Shown: positions 61,381 through 64,000 of the stretch, one piece after another
Numbering within the stretch: the first letter of the stretch is position 1
Layout of the letters: each line of letters begins with the position of its first letter
NCBI RefSeq assembly: GCF_032444005.1
Contig: NC_091288.1
Span: 12,772,001 to 12,836,000, forward strand
Reading direction: 5' to 3'
DNA length: 64,000 bases
Origin: Ranitomeya imitator
Lineage: Eukaryota
The notes under the pieces: model-generated
What the model was told of the DNA's origin: nothing
Database searches by the model: none
What the model saw: the letters and a program-made list of their open reading frames with translations, nothing else
Position numbers and translations under genes: made by a program

Positions 61381-62114
61381 TGTTGTGAGTTCTGTTTTTG
61401 GGCTCCCTCTGGTGGTTACTGATGGTACTGGGTGATTTGTGTTCTGCTGTCTCTGGTGTCCACCTGTTCTATTAGGATTTGGGAGTTTCCTATTTAACCG
61501 GGCTTTCTTGTCATTTCCCCGCCGGCTATCAAGGTTATCAGAGTGTTTTGTTACCTCAGCTTCTGGCTTCAGTAATCTTCAGGACAAGCTAAGTTTTTGA
61601 TTTTCTTGTTCCACGTTTTGATTTATTTTTGTCTTGTCCAGCTTGCATATAATTGTTTCTTTGCTGCTGGTTGCTCTAGCGGGCTGTAATTGCTCCTCAT
61701 GTTCCATGAGTTGGAACATGAGTTCAAGTAATTACAGGATGGTTTTTTGAAGGGTTTTTTGCTGACCGCGCAGTTTACTTTTGCATCCTCTGCTATCTAG
61801 TTTTAGCGGGCCTCATTTTGCTGAATCTGATTTCATACTGTGTATGTGCCTTCCTCTCATTTCACCGTCATTATATGTGGGGGGCTGCTATTTCTGTGGG
61901 GTATTTCTCTGGAGGCAAGAGAGGTCTGTGTTTCTTCTAATAGGGGAAGTTAGATCTTCGGCTGGTGCGAGACGTCTAGGATCAACGTAGGCACGTTCCC
62001 CGGCTATTGTTATTTGTGTGTTCAGGTTTAGGGTCGCGGTCAGCTCAGGTTCCATCACCCTAGAGCTCGTTGGTGCTTGTCCTTTTGTGATTCCCTGCCA
62101 TTGGAATCATGACC
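61381..62114 (+). repeat. Putative 5' LTR of the Gypsy element
   Basis: Starts TGTTGTGA, ends TCATGACC (canonical CA not intact), followed by a PBS-like GTATAGCCGGC; the 3' LTR is outside the window so the right boundary is inferred. Confidence 0.65.
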
Positions 62115-62300
62115 GTATAGCCGGCCCAAAATGTTTGGGCTGAAGTAGGAGGAAAAGTAGTCTGAGGAAGTTTTTTTTTTTTTTTTCTCCTCTGAGGTTG
62201 CTGCCTAGCCCTAATTGCAGTCTGGCTGATTTTTTTTTTTTTTTTTTTTTTTTCCCCCCCCCTCTTAATCCTTGAATGGCTCTGACCTTAGCTGTTTATC

Positions 62301-64000
62301 ATGGACGTCCAAAGTTTAGCTTCCAGCTTGAATAATCTTGCTGTTAAGGTTCAAAATATACAAGATTTTGTTGTACATGCTCCTATGTCTGAACCTAGAA
62401 TTCCTATTCCAGAGTTCTTTGCTGGAGATAGATCTAGTTTTCTGAATTTTAGGAACAATTGCAAGCTGTTCCTTTCTTTGAAATCTCGCTCTTCTGGAGA
62501 CCCTGCTCAGCAGGTTAAGATTATTATATCTTTCCTGCGGGGTGACCCTCAAAATTGGGCATTTGCATTGGCACCAGGGGATCCTGCGTTGCTTAATGTG
62601 GATGCGTTTTTTCTGGCATTGGGTTTGCTCTATGAGGAACCTAACCAAGAGATTCAGGCTGAAAAAGCTTTATTAGCTCTCTCTCAGGGGCAAGATGAAG
62701 CAGAAATATATTGTCAAAAATTTCGGAAATGGTCAGTGCTTACTCAGTGGAATGAGTGCGCCCTGGCTGCAAAGTTCAGAGATGGCCTTTCTGAGGCCAT
62801 TAAAGATGTTATGGTGGGGTTCCCGGCGCCTACAGGTCTGAATGAGTCCATGACTATGGCTATTCAGATTGATCGGCGTTTACGGGAGCGCAAACCTGTG
62901 CACCATTTGGCGGTGTCTTCTGAACAGGCACCTGAGATAATGCAATGTGATAGAGTTCAGTCTAGAAGTGAACGGCAAAACTATAGGCAGAAAAATGGGT
63001 TGTGCTTTTATTGTGGTGATTCAGCTCATGTTATATCAGCATGCTCTAAACGCACAAAAAAGGTTGATAAGTCTGTTGCCATTAGTACTTTACAGTCTAA
63101 GTTCATTCTGTCTGTGACTCTGATTTGCTCATTATCATCCATTTCCGTCGATGCCTATGTAGATTCAGGCGCTGCCCTGAGTCTTATGGATTGGTCATTT
63201 GCCAATCGCTGTGGGTTTAGTCTGGAGCCTCTGGAAGTCCCTATTCCTTTGAAGGGAATTGACTCTACACCTTTGGCTATGAATAAACCTCAGTACTGGA
63301 CACAAGTGACCATGCGTATGACTCCCGTTCATCAGGAGGTGATTCGCTTCCTGGTACTGTATAATTTGCATGATGTTCTAGTACTTGGTCTGCCATGGTT
63401 ACAAACTCATAATCCAGTCCTTGACTGGAAATCAATGTCTGTGTTAAGCTGGGGTTGTCAGGGGGTTCATGATGATGCACCTCCGATTTCTATCGCTTCA
63501 TCTACTCCTTCTGAGGTTCCTGTATTTTTGTCTCATTATCGGGATGTTTTTGAGGAGCCTAAGCTCAGTTCGCTTCCTCCTCACAGGGATTGCGATTGTG
63601 CTATAGATTTAATTCCTGGTAGTAAATTTCCTAAAGGTCGTTTGTTCAATCTGTCAGTGCCAGAGCATACTGCTATGCGGGATTATGTTAAGGAGTCCTT
63701 GGAAAAGGGACATATCCGTCCATCTTCGTCCCCTTTGGGAGCAGGTTTTTTTTTCGTGGCCAAGAAAGATGGGTCCTTGAGACCTTGTATAGATTATCGT
63801 CTTTTGAATAAGATTACCGTAAAATATCAGTATCCTTTGCCTTTGTTGACTGATTTGTTTGCTCGCATTAAGGGGGCTAAATGGTTCACTAAGATTGATC
63901 TCCGGGGTGCGTATAATCTTATACGAATAAAGCAAGGTGATGAGTGGAAAACCGCATTTAATACGCCTGAGGGCCATTTTGAGTATTTGGTGATGCCTTT
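62301..64000 (+). CDS. Gypsy gag-pro-pol polyprotein, 5' part (open to the window edge, 566 codons)
   Basis: MDVQSLASS...; zinc knuckle CFYCGDSAHVISAC; protease AYVDSGAA; RT IRPSSSPLGAGFFFVAKKDGSLRPCIDYR...KIDLRGAYN..KTAFNTPEGHFEYLVMP; no stop or frameshift found. Confidence 0.93.
   Translation, partial: MDVQSLASSLNNLAVKVQNIQDFVVHAPMSEPRIPIPEFFAGDRSSFLNFRNNCKLFLSLKSRSSGDPAQQVKIIISFLRGDPQNWAFALAPGDPALLNVDAFFLALGLLYEEPNQEIQAEKALLALSQGQDEAEIYCQKFRKWSVLTQWNECALAAKFRDGLSEAIKDVMVGFPAPTGLNESMTMAIQIDRRLRERKPVHHLAVSSEQAPEIMQCDRVQSRSERQNYRQKNGLCFYCGDSAHVISACSKRTKKVDKSVAISTLQSKFILSVTLICSLSSISVDAYVDSGAALSLMDWSFANRCGFSLEPLEVPIPLKGIDSTPLAMNKPQYWTQVTMRMTPVHQEVIRFLVLYNLHDVLVLGLPWLQTHNPVLDWKSMSVLSWGCQGVHDDAPPISIASSTPSEVPVFLSHYRDVFEEPKLSSLPPHRDCDCAIDLIPGSKFPKGRLFNLSVPEHTAMRDYVKESLEKGHIRPSSSPLGAGFFFVAKKDGSLRPCIDYRLLNKITVKYQYPLPLLTDLFARIKGAKWFTKIDLRGAYNLIRIKQGDEWKTAFNTPEGHFEYLVMP

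Larger units (their letters stand above)
61381..64000 (+). mobile_element. Ty3/Gypsy LTR retrotransposon (Tf1/sushi-like), 5' LTR + gag-pro-RT, runs off window
   Basis: Abrupt TG start in the array; putative LTR 61381-62114; TATTTAA 61491-61497; gag-pol ORF from 62301. Confidence 0.93.

Noticed and set aside
20665-64000. GPBAR1 or AAMP, which follow ARPC2 in human
   Set aside because: No 7TM ORF or WD40 exons seen in this window.

Overview
Vertebrate genomic DNA; the repeat repertoire (T2/Kolobok, Harbinger, hAT and piggyBac MITEs, Helitron, V-SINE, CR1, Penelope-like ends, intronic minisatellites) points to a frog (inference). I reconstructed three intact spliced genes by hand: ARPC2 (+, 10 coding exons, 300 aa, 7475-20664), a K18-like type I keratin (-, 8 exons, 416 aa, 34304-22970, one GC-AG intron) and a K8-like type II keratin (+, 9 exons, 452 aa, 36076-53292). 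The keratins are head-to-head with 1.77 kb between their ATGs and sit beside ARPC2, away from the canonical keratin clusters; they are a candidate whole-genome-duplication paralogue of the KRT8/KRT18 pair with no counterpart at the human ARPC2 locus. Other highlights: a 577-bp near-perfect palindrome carrying two inverted hammerhead-ribozyme-like motifs (Penelope-like) inside a 51-bp minisatellite upstream of ARPC2, three further decayed hammerhead motifs, intronic tandem arrays that keep the same orientation relative to transcription in genes on opposite strands, and a Gypsy LTR element with an open gag-pol frame and a self-priming-type PBS running off the right edge. All coordinates and alignments were done by eye; family assignments were not checked against databases.
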